From: Somniosus microcephalus | Taxonomy: Eukaryota | Direction: 5' to 3' | Length of the DNA stretch: 64,000 nucleotides | Assembly (NCBI GenBank): GCA_052327205.1 | Contig: CM126203.1 | Span: 36,766,001-36,830,000 of the forward strand | Shown here: positions 14,137 to 26,168 of the stretch, in pieces | Layout: each line of letters starts with the position of its first letter | How positions within the stretch are numbered: position 1 is the first letter of the stretch | Translations under genes and position numbers: made by a program | Notes under the pieces: generated by a model | Told to the model about the DNA's origin: nothing | The model's database searches: none | Seen by the model: the letters and a program-made list of their open reading frames with translations, nothing else

Positions 14137-14173
14137 TCACAAGCTTTCGGAGCGCTGCTCCTTCTTCAGGTGA
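14137..14173 (-). ncRNA. Minimal hammerhead ribozyme, mirror copy in the inverted arm
   Basis: Exact reverse complement of 17197-17233. Confidence 0.75.
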
Positions 14174-14939
14174 AGTGGAGAAATGCATAAAGACACAGCT
14201 TATATAGTCAGAGAATCATGTCAGATGTTTACAGGTAACCTTTCCAACTGCCATTTATCACACCTCGGCAGAGAGATAATCACAGCAGTCAAAGGTGTGA
14301 ATGGTGTCCAAACAGGTCAGGCAGGGAAACATTACATCAAAGAACAATGAGGTGGGGTCACAAGGGGTCAAATATTGCAGATGCTGGGGTCTGTATGAAA
14401 AACAAAAAAACAGACAAAAAACATTTTTTTTGGCTGGAAATCACAGCAGGTCCGGCCGCACCTGTGTAGAGAGAACAAGCCAATGTCGACTCGAGTCTGG
14501 ATGACCCTGCATCAGGTGGGGTTACATGTAGCGTGACATGAACCCAAGATCTCGGTTAAGGCCGTCCTCATGGGTGCGGAACTTGGCTATCAGTTTCTGC
14601 TCGACGAGTTTGCGTTGTCGTGTGTCTCGAAGGCCACCTTGGAGAATGCTTACCCGAAGATCGGAGGCTGAATGTCCTTGACTGCTGAAGTGTTCCCCGA
14701 CTGGGAGGGAACACTCCTGCCTGGTGATTGCTGCGCGGTGTCCATTCATCCGTTGTCGCAGTGTCTGCATGGTCTCGCCGATGTACCATGCTCCGGGGCA
14801 TCATTTCCTGCAACGTATGAGGTAGACAACGTTGGCCGAGTCACATGAGTATGTACCATGTACCTGGTGGGTGGTGTCCTCACGTGTGATGATGGTATCT
14901 GTGTTGATGATCTGGCATGTCTTGCAGAGGTTGCTGTGG

Positions 14940-16848
14940 ATGCATCAACGCCAGATTCATCAGCCGCACTCACAAGACAGTCCAGAATGTCACCCGAGCA
15001 CAACGCAACGCCATCCACGCTCTCCAGACCAACCGCAACATCGTCATCAAACCAGCAGACAAAGGAGGTGCCATCGTCATACAGAACAGAACGGACTATT
15101 GCAAAGAAGTATACCGACAACTGGGCAACCAGGAACACTACAGACAGTTACCCGCAGATCCGACCAAAGAACACACCCGCCAACTCAACAGACTGATCAA
15201 AACCTTCGATCCAGACCTTCAAAGCATCCTACATGCTCTCATCCCACGTACTCCCCGCGTGGGAGACTTCTACTGCCTCCCAAAGATACACAAAGCCAAC
15301 ACACCTGGACGTCCTATCGCATCAGGCAACGGAACCCTGTGTGAGAACCTCTCTGGATATGTCGAGGGCATCCTGAAACCCATCGTACAGGGAACCCCCA
15401 GCTTCTGTCGCGACACTACAGACTTCTTACAGAAGCTCAGCACCCACGGACCAGTTGAACCAGGAACACTCCTCGCCACGATGGACGTCTCGGCACTCTA
15501 CACCAGTATCCCCCACGATGACGGCATCGCTGCGACAGCCTCAGTACTCAACACCAACAACAGCCAATCTCCAGACGCCATCCTACAACTCATCCGCTTC
15601 ATCCTTGACCACAATGTCTTCACCTTCGACAACCAGTTCTTTACCCAAACACACGGAACAGCCATGGGGACCAAATTCGCACCCCAATACGCAAACATCT
15701 TCATGCACAAGTTCGAGCAAGACATCTTCGCTGCACAGGATCTCCAACCAATGCTATACACCAGATACATCGACGACATTTTCTTCCTATGGACCCACGG
15801 CGAAAAATCACTGAAAAGACTACACGATAACATCAACAAGTTCCATCCCACCATCAAACTCACCATGGACTACTCCTCAGAATCAGTCTCATTCCTGGAC
15901 ACACGAATCTCCATCAAAGACGGACACCTCAGCACTTCACTCTACCGCAAGCCCACGGACAACCTCACGATGCTTCACTTCTCCAGCTTCCACCCTAACC
16001 ACGTTAAAGAAGCCATCCCCTATGGACAAGCCCTGCGAATACACAGGATCTGCTCAGACGAGGAGGAACGCGATGGACACCTACAGACACTGAAAGACGC
16101 CCTTGTAAGAACGGGATATGACGCTCGACCTGTCGATCGACAGTTCCGACGGGCCACAGCGAAAAATCGCATAGACCTCCTCAGAAGACAAACACGGGAC
16201 ACAACCAACAGAGTACCCTTCGTCGTCCAGTACTTCCCCGGAGCGGAGAAACTACGCCATGTTCTTCGCAGCCTTCAACATGTCATCGATGACGACGAAC
16301 ACCTCGCGAAGGCCATCCCCACGCCTCCACTACTCACTTTCAAACAGCCGCCTAACCTCAAACAGACCATCGTTCGCAGCAAATTACCCAGCTTTCAGGA
16401 GAACAGCGACCACGACACCACACAACCCTGCCACAGCAACCTCTGCAAGACATGCCAGATCATCAACACAGATACCATCATCACACGTGAGGACACCACC
16501 CACCAGGTACATGGTACATACTCATGTGACTCGGCCAACGTTGTCTACCTCATACGTTGCAGGAAATGATGCCCCGGAGCATGGTACATCAGCGAGGCCA
16601 TGCAGACACTGCGACAACGGATGAATGGACACCGCGCAACAATCACCAGGCAGGAGTGTTCCCTCCCAGTCGGGGAACACTTCAGCAGTCAAGGACATTC
16701 AGCCTCCGATCTTCGGGTAAGCATTCTCCAAGGTGGCCTTCGAGACACACGACAACGCAAAATCGTCGAGCAGAAACTGATAGCCAAGTTCCGCACCCAT
16801 GAGGACGGCCTTAACCGAGATCTTGGGTTCATGTCACGCTACATGTAA
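14940..16848 (+). pseudogene. Penelope reverse transcriptase + GIY-YIG endonuclease, 5'-truncated, premature TGA at 16567-16569
   Basis: Motifs IKPADKGG, PKIHK, GRPI, DVSALYT, GTAMG, RYIDD and FLD, then C..C Zn motif and VVYLIRC..*...WYISE...R...H...E...GLN. Confidence 0.92.
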
Positions 16849-17196
16849 CCCCACCTGATGCAGGGTCATCCAGACTCGAGTCGACATTGGCTTGTTCTCT
16901 CTACACAGGTGCGGCCGGACCTGCTGTGATTTCCAGCCAAAAAAAATGTTTTTTGTCTGTTTTTTTGTTTTTCATACAGACCCCAGCATCTGCAATATTT
17001 GACCCCTTGTGACCCCACCTCATTGTTCTTTGATGTAATGTTTCCCTGCCTGACCTGTTTGGACACCATTCACACCTTTGACTGCTGTGATTATCTCTCT
17101 GCCGAGGTGTGATAAATGGCAGTTGGAAAGGTTACCTGTAAACATCTGACATGATTCTCTGACTATATAAGCTGTGTCTTTATGCATTTCTCCACT

Positions 17197-17233
17197 TCAC
17201 CTGAAGAAGGAGCAGCGCTCCGAAAGCTTGTGA
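17197..17233 (+). ncRNA. Minimal type-I hammerhead ribozyme in the Penelope pLTR
   Basis: TCAC-CTGAAGA-A-GGAGC-AGC-GCTCC-GAAA-GC-TT-GTGA. Core CUGANGA and GAAA, helix I TCAC/GTGA, helix II GGAGC/GCTCC, palindromic AAGCTT in place of helix III. Confidence 0.75.
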
Positions 17234-19653
17234 TTTCAAATAAAGCTGTTGGACTATAACCTGGTGTCGTGTGACTTCTTACATTTTTAAATGTGGTTAG
17301 GGTTTCTGCCTCTTCCACCCTTTCAGGCAGTGAGTTCCAGTGTCTCACCTCCTGACTCCCCAAATCCTTTCTACCAGTTGCAAGGCGCAAGGAAGGAGAG
17401 TGATGGAATACTCTCCACTTGCTTGGATGAGTGCAGCTCCAACAACACTCAAGAAGCTCGACACCATCCAGGACAAAGCAGCCCACTTGATTGGCACCCC
17501 CGCTACCACCTTAAAAATCCACTCCCTCCACCACTGGCGTACCGTGGCTGCAGTGTGTACCATCTACAAGATGCACTGCAGCAACTCGCCAAGGCTTCTT
17601 TGGCAGTACCTCCCAAACCCGCGACCCCTTCCATCTAGAAGGACAAGGGTAACAGACGCATGGGAACACCACCACCTCCAAGTTCCCCTCCAAGTCACAC
17701 ATCATCGTGACTTAGAAGTATATTGGCGATCCTTCATCGTCGCTGGGTCAAAATCCTGGAACTCCCTACCTAACAGCACTGTGGGAGTACCTTCACCACA
17801 CGGACTGCAGCGGTTCAAGAAGATAGCTCACCACCACCTTCTCAAGGGCAATTGGGGATGAGCAATAAATGTGGGCCTTGCCAGCGACGCCCACATCCCA
17901 TAAAAATGAATTTAAAAAACCTTTAGTGCTGGCAAGTGGCAGGAGAGCACCTTGCTGCACTTCAGGGTGGCCATGAGGACCTGTATCTGCACTGGCAGTC
18001 CTCCTCAAAAGGGCATCCATGAAGCTCTGGTCTCTCTGCTCAGCAGCTGCCTATCACTCCTCCCGAGATGTCAGTCTATTCTGAACAGTCACCATGTTTT
18101 CCTGACTCTGGTGACTTATTTCCTCCATGGCCGTAGCCATCCTTTCCGCTAAGGTAGCCATCCTTTCCACAGAGGTTGCCATCCTATGTATGGTGGTGCG
18201 TTCATGCGCCACTGCCTCCACCGTGGCAGTGCTGATGTTAGAGATGAACTCCTCCATTCTCTTCACATTCGCACTAACCCTGGAGGCAAACCCTTCCAGA
18301 GACACCTACATTTGTTCCTGTCTTTCACAAACTGCTCTTTTTCTGGATGGCCCCAGAGGCACAGCGTCTGCATGCAGCTCAGCAGAGCTACGAAAGTCCT
18401 GCGACCTGTCGCTGTCTCCACCATCTGCTGATGCTCACTTGTGCACTGTGATAGACCAGGTGGCAACACATCTCTAACTCGCAATGGCCCCACCGAGGTG
18501 TGCATTGCTGCGCTGGTGCTGGGTGCGCTGAGTCCTGGTGACGCTGCTTCCTCCAAGGCTTCAGGTTCCTCTGAGATGTCCAGGTCTTCATCCTGAATCA
18601 TGGGGAGGGGGGCACTTGATGGTCCTGTGGGAGAGTAAAGGCTTGAATTAGAAATCTGATATTGATTTAGCAGACACATTCTTTTGAGCAGATGATATAA
18701 AGCAATGCTCTATGAACATCATATTGCATTGCTTTCTGAGAGGGATGAAACTCTATTATGTCACCAGCTTCCTCTAATGTGCCCGTCTCTCCATCGCCCA
18801 CTTCAAGGTCCTTGCCACCTCCAATAATCTTGTTTGCAGCCTCCTCAGCACTGGTCAATGTTGCAAGGGTAGGTGTTCCTCCTCCAGTCATTACTCTCTC
18901 CCTCTTATTGTGGGCTATCTTTTCCTGCAAGGATAGACACAAGCGGTGTTTCAGCCACAGTGATGGAGTGAGTTTGCTTAATCCCTACCATAGATGACGA
19001 AGATGGGGTAAGATGCCAAGAGGAAGGTAGCTCCCTGTGCATTGTTAGTTGTTGTCACTGCATGGCAGTGAGTGTGAGTCTAAAGGGTGCATAGGCAGGA
19101 TGCTGAAGTGATTCAGTGCAGAGACAGAGATGCATAGGAAAGGGTGAAAGGGAAGTAAGAGTAAGGTGTGATGTGAAGGAGGAGGCTTCCAAAGCAGAGT
19201 GCAGGTGATGAGAAGAGAAGTGAAGCAGAGTAAAGGCAAGTGAGATGGGATACTCACTTCTGATGTTCTCACAAGACCATTAAACCTTTTGCGGCACTGG
19301 ATCCATGAGTGTGCATAAATGCACTTTGCGCACACCTCCTGAGCAATGCACAGCCAAGCTACCTTGGTCTGCTGAGGAGGCTTCCTCCAGCCATTAGGAG
19401 GGAAGAGAATCTCCCTGCGCCCTCTGACAGAATCGGCAAGAACTTGGAGGGACTCATCATTAAACCGAGGTGCTGCCTTGCCTCTGGAAGAAGTCATAGC
19501 TGTGAAAAGAAGTGCAGGAAACCACAATGGAAAGACTCAAGCTGGAAGGCAGCTTTAAAAGCAGCTGCTATTGCGACATCATCAGAGGCGGCCAGCCGAC
19601 CCGATCCCACTCATTGGACCGGCCAGCGCGCCTCCATGAAATTAACAAGGTAC

Positions 19654-22600
19654 TGTTGAGATACCGTGGCAAACGTGGGAGTCAAGACCAGAGTTGATGG
19701 AACACAACTGCTTTAATTTACATCATGGCAAAACAAGTGCTTAAAAAGCCCGCGCAACCACTTAAATACTCCCCAGACAGGAAGTGCTCCCGGCAGCCTG
19801 TCCCTGCGGGAAACAAGTTGCCGGAGGAAAGGGCCCACGGCTGGGGGCAGCTGCTGCCGGCAGTGCACCTGCGTAAACTGTCCGTGCCACCGTGAGCGGA
19901 TTATGTCCAATGGTGGCGTGTCGCCACAGAGCTCCCCCCAGAATCCGCTTAGGAGGAGTGGACGAGTCGTGACGGTGGTCTAATGGTTCTGCTGGAGCAG
20001 CTCTGAGTGGCCGCCGGTCTAGTTGGTGGGGCCGGGCGGTTCGCCGCCGGCTGTGCTAGCTTGCTGGCGGGACGGCCTCTAGTTGGAGGTCGGGCCACGG
20101 GGACCTGTTCCCCTGGTTCTGTGTGTGCTGGTTTGAGTCGGTCGATGGAGACCGTTTCGACCCTGTCGCCGAGTCGCAGCTTGAAGGCCTTGTCCCCGGT
20201 TTGTAGTACCTCGTACGGTCCGTCGTATGGGGGTCGCAGGGGTCCGCGGTGTGCGTCGTGTCGCACGAAGACGAAGCGTGCCTGCTGTAAGTTTGGCGGA
20301 ACGTGAGGTGCGAGTTCGCCGTGTCGGTTGACCGGAAGTGGGGCGAACTGTTGAGCGGAAGAGAAAGAGTTGAGCCGCTGCTGTTCGGCCGACCAAGGCG
20401 TGGTAGCCTCCGGGAGGAATTCGCCTGGTACGCGCAGCGGTTGTCCGTAGACTAACTCCGCTGCTGAGGACTGGAGGTCTTCCTTGACCGTGGTGCGTAG
20501 GCCTAGTAGCACCCACGGTAGGCGGTCAGTCCAGGTACTGTCCTGCAGGCTGGCGCGGAGTGAGGCCTTGAGTGACCTATGGAAGCGTTCACACAGCCCG
20601 TTGGCCTGCGGGTGGTACGCCGTGGTTCGGTGGAGCGTCACCCCGAGGTTGCGTGCTGTGGCCGTCCAGAGTTCGGAGGTGAACTGGGTGCCTCTGTCGG
20701 AGGTTATATCGGCCGGTACGCCGAACCTCGCGACCCAGGTGTTAACGAACACCCTGGCGATGTCAGCTGTGGTGGTGGAGGTCAACGGCACTGCCTCAGG
20801 CCAGCGTGTGTAGCGGTCGACCATCGTGAGAGGATAAGTTTGGCCTTGCGATGGCGGCAGAGGACCGACGATGTCGACGTGTACGTGGTCGAAGCGGCGG
20901 CTGGGTACCTCGAAGTCTCCCAGGGGTGCTTTTGTGTGTAGCTGTACCTTAGCCCGTTGGCAGGCGAGGCAGGAGTTGGCCCAAGTCCGAACATCTTTGT
21001 TGAGGCCGCGCCAGACGAAGCGCTGGGAGAGGAGTTTAACAGATGCGCGGGAACCCGGATGGGAGAGCCTGTGGAGCGCGTCAAAGATGCGGCGGCGCCA
21101 GGTTGCAGGGACGACCGGCCTGGGTTGGCCGAGTGAGACGCCGCAAGTGACTGCCGTGGCTTCGGGCCCGTGCGCGACCTTGGCTAGACGTAGCCCTGGC
21201 AGGCTGGTAGCCGCCGAGAGGAGGTCTGGGTCCGTGAGCTGGGCCGCTGCTAGTTGCGCGTAGTCGACCGCTAGGTGATTCGCGCAGATGGCGGGATGGG
21301 AAAGGCAGTCGGCGACAACGTTGTCTCTACCGGAGATGTGCTGGATGTCCGTGGTAAACTCGGACACGGCCGTGAGCTGGCGTTGCTGCCTAGCGGACCA
21401 AGGGTCGGTGTTCTTGGCCATCGCGTATGTGAGCGGCTTGTGGTCCACGTATGCGGTAAAGGAGCGGCCCTCCAGGAGGAACCTGAAATGGCGGACCGAC
21501 AGGTGGAGCGCGAGGAGCTCGCGGTCGAAAGTAGAGTATTTGACCTCCGGGGGGAGCAGTTGGCGGCTGTAGAAGGCAAGTGGCTGCCACGCGCCATTGA
21601 CCCACTGCTCGAACACGGCTCCGACCACATGGTCGGAGGCGTCGGTGGTGAGCGCGACCCGGGCATCGGCCCTCGGGTGCGTGAGCAGGGTGGCGTCAGC
21701 GAGCGCGTTTTTGGTGGCATCGAAGGCGGCTGACGCGTCAGCGGTCCAGACTACGGCCATCTTGCCGGATTTACCTCGAAGGGAATCGTATAGGGGCTTC
21801 ATGAGGGCTGCAGCTCTGGGGATGAACCTGTTGTAAAAGTTTACCATCCCGAGGAACTCCTGGAGGCCCTTGATGGTTTTAGGGTGGGGGAATTGCTGGA
21901 CGGCCAGCACCTTGTTGGGCAGGGGGTGGCCCCAGCAGGGGTGATGTGGTGGCCGAGAAAATCGATCTCGGCTAGGCCGAATTGGTACTTCGCCGGGCTG
22001 AGGATAGGCCCATGTTGGGCTAGGCGCCCGAACAAGATGCGAAGGTGTTCGAGGTGTTCCTGTTTGGAGGAGCTGGCCACAAGAATGTCGTCTAGATAGA
22101 TGAATAGAAAGTTCAGGTCCCGGAGGACTGAGTCCATAAGGCGCTGGAAAGCCTGGGCTGCATTCTTGAGGCCAAAGGGCATCCTCAGGAACTCGAACAG
22201 GCCGAATGGGGTGATGACAGCCGTTTTGGGGATGTCCGCGGGGTGTACGGGGACTTGGTGGTAACCGCGCACCAGGTCGACCTTGGAGAAGACAGTTCGT
22301 CCAGCCAGTCGGGCCGAGAAGTCCTGGATGTGCGGCACCGGGTATCAGTCGGGGGTGGTGGCGTCATTGAGGCGGCGGTAGTCCCCGCAGGGGCGCCAGC
22401 CTCCGCCGGGCTTGGGGGCGATGTGGAGGGGTGAGGCCCAAGGGCTGCTGGAGCGGCAGATGATGCCGAGTTGCTCCATGGTGGTGAACTCGGCCCGCGC
22501 GATTTCCAGCTTGGCCGGGTCAAGTCTGCGGGCGTGGGCAGAGACCGGGGGGCCGGTGGTGGGGATATAGTGCTCCACACCGTGTTTGGCGGCTTTGGCC

Positions 22601-24036
22601 GAAAAGGTCGGGTTAGTGAGGGCGGGAAGCTCGGCTAGTAGTGCCGAGTAGTCGTCCATGGCTCTGGCGAGGCAGTAGGTCGTCAGGCCGACCGAACGGG
22701 CCGGGGTGACTGCGCCAGGGATGGGGGCCATAGTGTTGATGTCAATGAGGCGGTGCCTCGGAATGTCGACAAGGAGGCCGTGAGCACGTAGGAAGTCGGC
22801 GCCGATGAGTGGGCAGAGGACCTTGGCTGTGAGGAACTCCCAGCGGTAGCGGCGGCTTGCGAGGTCGAGCGTGACCATGCGGGTGCCGTATGTGCGGATG
22901 TCAGAGCCATTGGCTGCAGCCAGCGTGACACCCCGTACGCCGCGTTGGATTTCGAGGGCGGAGGCGGGGGTGATGCTGTGCTGGGCTCCTGTGTCGCACA
23001 GGAATCGGCGGTTGGTGCTGTCGTCGATGACGTACAGTAGGGGCCCCTTTTGCCCCGCGGCCATCGTGGGGGCCGGTGCGGGGGAGGGTTTGAAAGTGCA
23101 CGGTGGCGTGCAACGTTGGGCCCTAGTGCCAAACGGGTGTGGTAGTAGCAATGACCCGGAGTGGAAGGGCGGTCGGGCCTAGTGAGCCGGGGGGACCGCG
23201 TGGTCGTTGCTGTGAGGTCGGGCGCGACGTCGCGGGCGGTCTGCGCGGAGAGCAGCCGGTCGGCCTTTTCAGCTATCTCATTCAGGTCCATGGAGCCAGA
23301 CTCCACAATGAGCGGGCGGATGCTAGCGGGGAGCTGCCGAATGAAAAGCGTACGAAAGAGGGCGCCGGGTTTTTTGTCGTCCGAGAGGGACAGCATGTGG
23401 GAAAGCAGGTCTGATGGTGAAGCGTCACCAAGGCCTGGGAGGTCGAGGAGTTGGCAGTTGCGCTGGTAGGAGGATGCCTGAAATTTTTTAAGGAGCGCGG
23501 CCTTCAGATGTTCGTACTTGCCTTCCTCTGGTGGATCCTGCAGCGCTGCCCAAACCTTAGGGACTGTGGCGCAGGTGAGAGAGGCGATGAGGTAGTCGTA
23601 CTTCGTGGTGTCGACTGTAATGCTTCTCAGCCGGAATCTGGACTCGGCTTGAACGAACCAGGCCTCGGCCAGGTTCTCCCAAAAGTCCGGTAGTTTAACC
23701 GTGACTGCGTTTGTATCTGCCATGCTAGCTTAGGATTCGTCCTGAGCGTCGGGGTCACCAGTGTTGAGATACCGCGGCAAACGTGGGAGTCAAGACCAGA
23801 GTTGATGGAACACAACTGCTTTAATTTACATCATGGCAAAACTAGTGCTTAAAAAGCCCGCACAACCACTTAAATACTCCCCAGACAGGAAGTGCTCCCG
23901 GCAGCCTGTCCCTGCGGGAAACAAGTTGCCAGAGGAAAGGGCCCACGGCTGGGGGCGGCTGCTGCCGGCAATGCGCCTGCGTAAACTGTCCGTGCCGCCG
24001 TGAGCGGATTATGTCCAATGGTGGCGTGTCGCCACA
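19654..24036 (-). mobile_element. Full-length Ty3/Gypsy LTR retrotransposon, CsRn1 clade
   Basis: 275-bp LTRs at 19654-19928 and 23762-24036 (8 differences), TG..CA ends, TSD GTAC. PBS TGGTGACCCCGACG (23760-23747) is complementary to tRNA-Trp. PPT at about 19929-19942. Gag has a CHCC motif. Confidence 0.95.
19949..23723 (-). pseudogene. CsRn1-type gag-pol (Gag, PR, RT, RNase H, IN), disrupted
   Basis: Gag starts MADTNAVTVKLPDFW and has CYYHTR/FGTRAQRCTPPC across a frameshift near 23130. Protease DTGA. Stop at 22345-22347. RT YLDD. Frameshift near 21915. RNase H TDAS. Integrase H..H..C..C, DDE core and GPY motif. Confidence 0.93.
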
Positions 24037-26168
24037 GTACTTGAATAAAAATCGCAACTCTGCAGCTATTCCCGCCGGAAGCGGCTCCTGAACCCGCCCA
24101 CCAAGCAATCCGACTCCATCCCGCCTCGGGAATTAAAATCGAGCCCCTTGTCTCTCTTTCTCTCTTTTCCTTTTACGCCATCTTTAAGTCCATGAGCATT
24201 TTGGTAAATTCAGCTTTCTTTTTATGATCTCTTAAGTGTTTCCATGATACGACCTCAGGTTGCCAGCCCCTGTATATATTATAATAATTTGTACAGTGGG
24301 TGGAACAGTGCTAGATTTAGCATTTAGAATATTGAGATACCAGGGTGAATTTTTCATGGTTGATGACATAAAGTCAGCCTAGGGGGTTAACAATTATGGA
24401 TCGATATCACTGTCTGCAGATCACTACCTATTCAGCGCAACCCAACAACTTCCATTCAGGTAGGGCATTGGAGCAAAATGCTCTTAGCCAGAACAGACAA
24501 GAGCTTTATTTAAATATTACAATGGCCAGTTCACATATGGAAATGAAGTCAGACACATATGCCCAGTATTAGTCCTGGATATCCATCATGTGCTAAGCTT
24601 GTACATATAAAAAGAGCATTGTTGGTCTCTAAGCTGCGAGTTGCAAACAGGAAGTCAGCTCTTAAAGGGGGTCTGGCATTTCTTTACAATTCTATTTATG
24701 AAGGGTTCTGAAAAATAGTTTATTAGCCTATTTACTTCAGTGCTCTTTTTTGTGATCGCCTTTGTCAAAAGTGTTGGCGCTGCTATTATGATCGGTGCAA
24801 TATATATTGGCACCATGGGTTTCACTTTAGCAAATCAGTTCTAGGTATGATATTACAAGGAAACAGGGAAGAGCAGAGAAGTGCTTCCAGGCAAGTGAGG
24901 TTACACCAGATACAACAGCAAACATACATGGTTACCCTCGAATCTAGATCTATAGTCGCATCCCTGTAAAGTGTTCCATCAATACTTGTCAGCAGCCTTT
25001 TAAAGACAATTTTCTGGCCTGCTTCCCTGGAGAACTCCCACCATCTGGCCCAATATAGGGCAGGAGTTCACAACCTTTATTAAAATGCGGCTGATCCTTG
25101 AAGTTCCGGGAAGGGAGACAGCACTAATCAGGCAGATGCTATTCATGCTGCAACAGTGAGTCCAGCATTCATTGTGGGTAAGTATTAGATGGTATCCTGA
25201 AAGAGGGCATAAATGAACACCTAGCTAGCTAGGTGTGGCATGCTAAGAGGATGGCAACATAGATTTATGGGAAATGGAGTCTTGCCTATCTAACCTAATG
25301 GATTTCGTTGAAGAAGTTATGATTTTTGTTGACTACTTAAATTCTGTGGGTCGCATATATTTAGATTTTAACAGGCTTTTGACACTGTTAGTCCACACAG
25401 TACAAAGGCACAGAATAGAACACCTGCTGAGGTGGATTGAAATTGGGTAAACCAAAGGAGCAAAGAGTAGCTGTGAATGGAGCTGTGTCAACTTTTTAAG
25501 AGGTGGCCAGCAGGGTACCACAGGAATCTGTGCTGGGGCTGTTCCCAGTGCACATAAATGATGTGGAACAGCTACAGAAACAAATTTGTCTAAGTTTGCA
25601 GATGCACCAAATTGGCAGAGAGGAGATTCAGACAATAGGGAGGAAGGAAGGAAGGAAGGAAGAACGAATTTGTATTTATATAAAGGAATTTGAATAGGTT
25701 GGATAGGTGGCAAATGACATTTAATGTAAACAAATGCAATGTAATAAGACAAGGGAAAGGAAACAAAGGGAATATAAAGCTTGATTTCCCAATTGTTGCT
25801 CCTTTTGAGGAACAGCACTCACAGGGAGCATTGGTTGAGAAATCATGGTCCCAAAGACCTTTGGTTGTCCAGCCATTTAAATGAATGAGCGATAATTCAT
25901 GGGCTGCAGCCTCATTATTGGCTGACCAGCACCCCTGTAAATTAAATAAGGTAGCATTTCTGCAAAGGATTCCCCAATCTCCCGCTATACTTTTAGCAGA
26001 AACATTTACAGCGTTAGATCGGGGAACTGCAATGGAAAATCTACCCAAATTTCTCTAAGCTACAGGACCTAACACAGGATAAGGAACTGGAGCTTTTGTG
26101 GACAGCTCACTGAAAGTAATAGTGTGAGGCAGCAGTGAGGAAAGATAACTGGGCCTTAGGATGTATAG

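Larger units (their letters stand above)
14051..17286 (+). mobile_element. Penelope-like element (Poseidon type) with inverted pseudo-LTR at the 5' end
   Basis: RT ORF plus GIY-YIG remnant. Inverted arms 14084-14939 and 16431-17286. TTTTTAAATGTGGT is duplicated at 14039-14052 and 17284-17297, partly overlapping the element ends. Confidence 0.93.
13887..17340 (-). mobile_element. CR1 LINE 3' fragment (family C), split by the Penelope element (13887-14050 + 17287-17340)
   Basis: Reverse complement matches 58350-58567. AGTGTC is duplicated at 13881-13886 and 17339-17344. Confidence 0.85.
11266..17919 (+). mobile_element. CR1/L2-group LINE family B, 5'-truncated, interrupted by three insertions
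   Basis: RT segments ANYRHISLLSIISKVME, GVPQGS (about 13244) and MFADD (about 13555). Colinear with 62000-63434. Ends GACGCCCACATCCCATAAAAATGAATTTAAAAAA. Confidence 0.9.
10916..19497 (-). pseudogene. Harbinger Myb/SANT-like DNA-binding protein gene, 3 exons (19497-19258; 18924-18765; 18624-17920 + 11265-~10916)
   Basis: Exon 1 reads MTSSRGKAAPRFNDESLQVL...W..IAQEV...SWIQCRKRFNGL (Myb_DNA-bind_5-like). Exon 2 reads EKIAHNKRERVMTGGG. GT..AG junctions match element #2. Exon 3 is split by a LINE insertion. Confidence 0.8.
9918..24147. mobile_element. PIF/Harbinger DNA transposon #1 (non-autonomous; Myb gene present, transposase largely deleted), expanded by nested insertions
   Basis: 15-bp TIRs GGGCTCGATTTTAAT (9918-9932) and ATTAAAATCGAGCCC (24132-24146). 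Contains a three-exon Myb/SANT gene homologous to that in element #2. TSD not clean. Confidence 0.8.

Noticed and set aside
14917-16569. 550-aa ORF as an intact Penelope gene
   Set aside because: Its start codon and first residues come from the inverted arm. The true N-terminus is truncated and the ORF stops inside GIY-YIG.
20007-23693. Numerous antisense and overlapping ORFs within the CsRn1 element
   Set aside because: Expected by-product of high GC content; no motifs.
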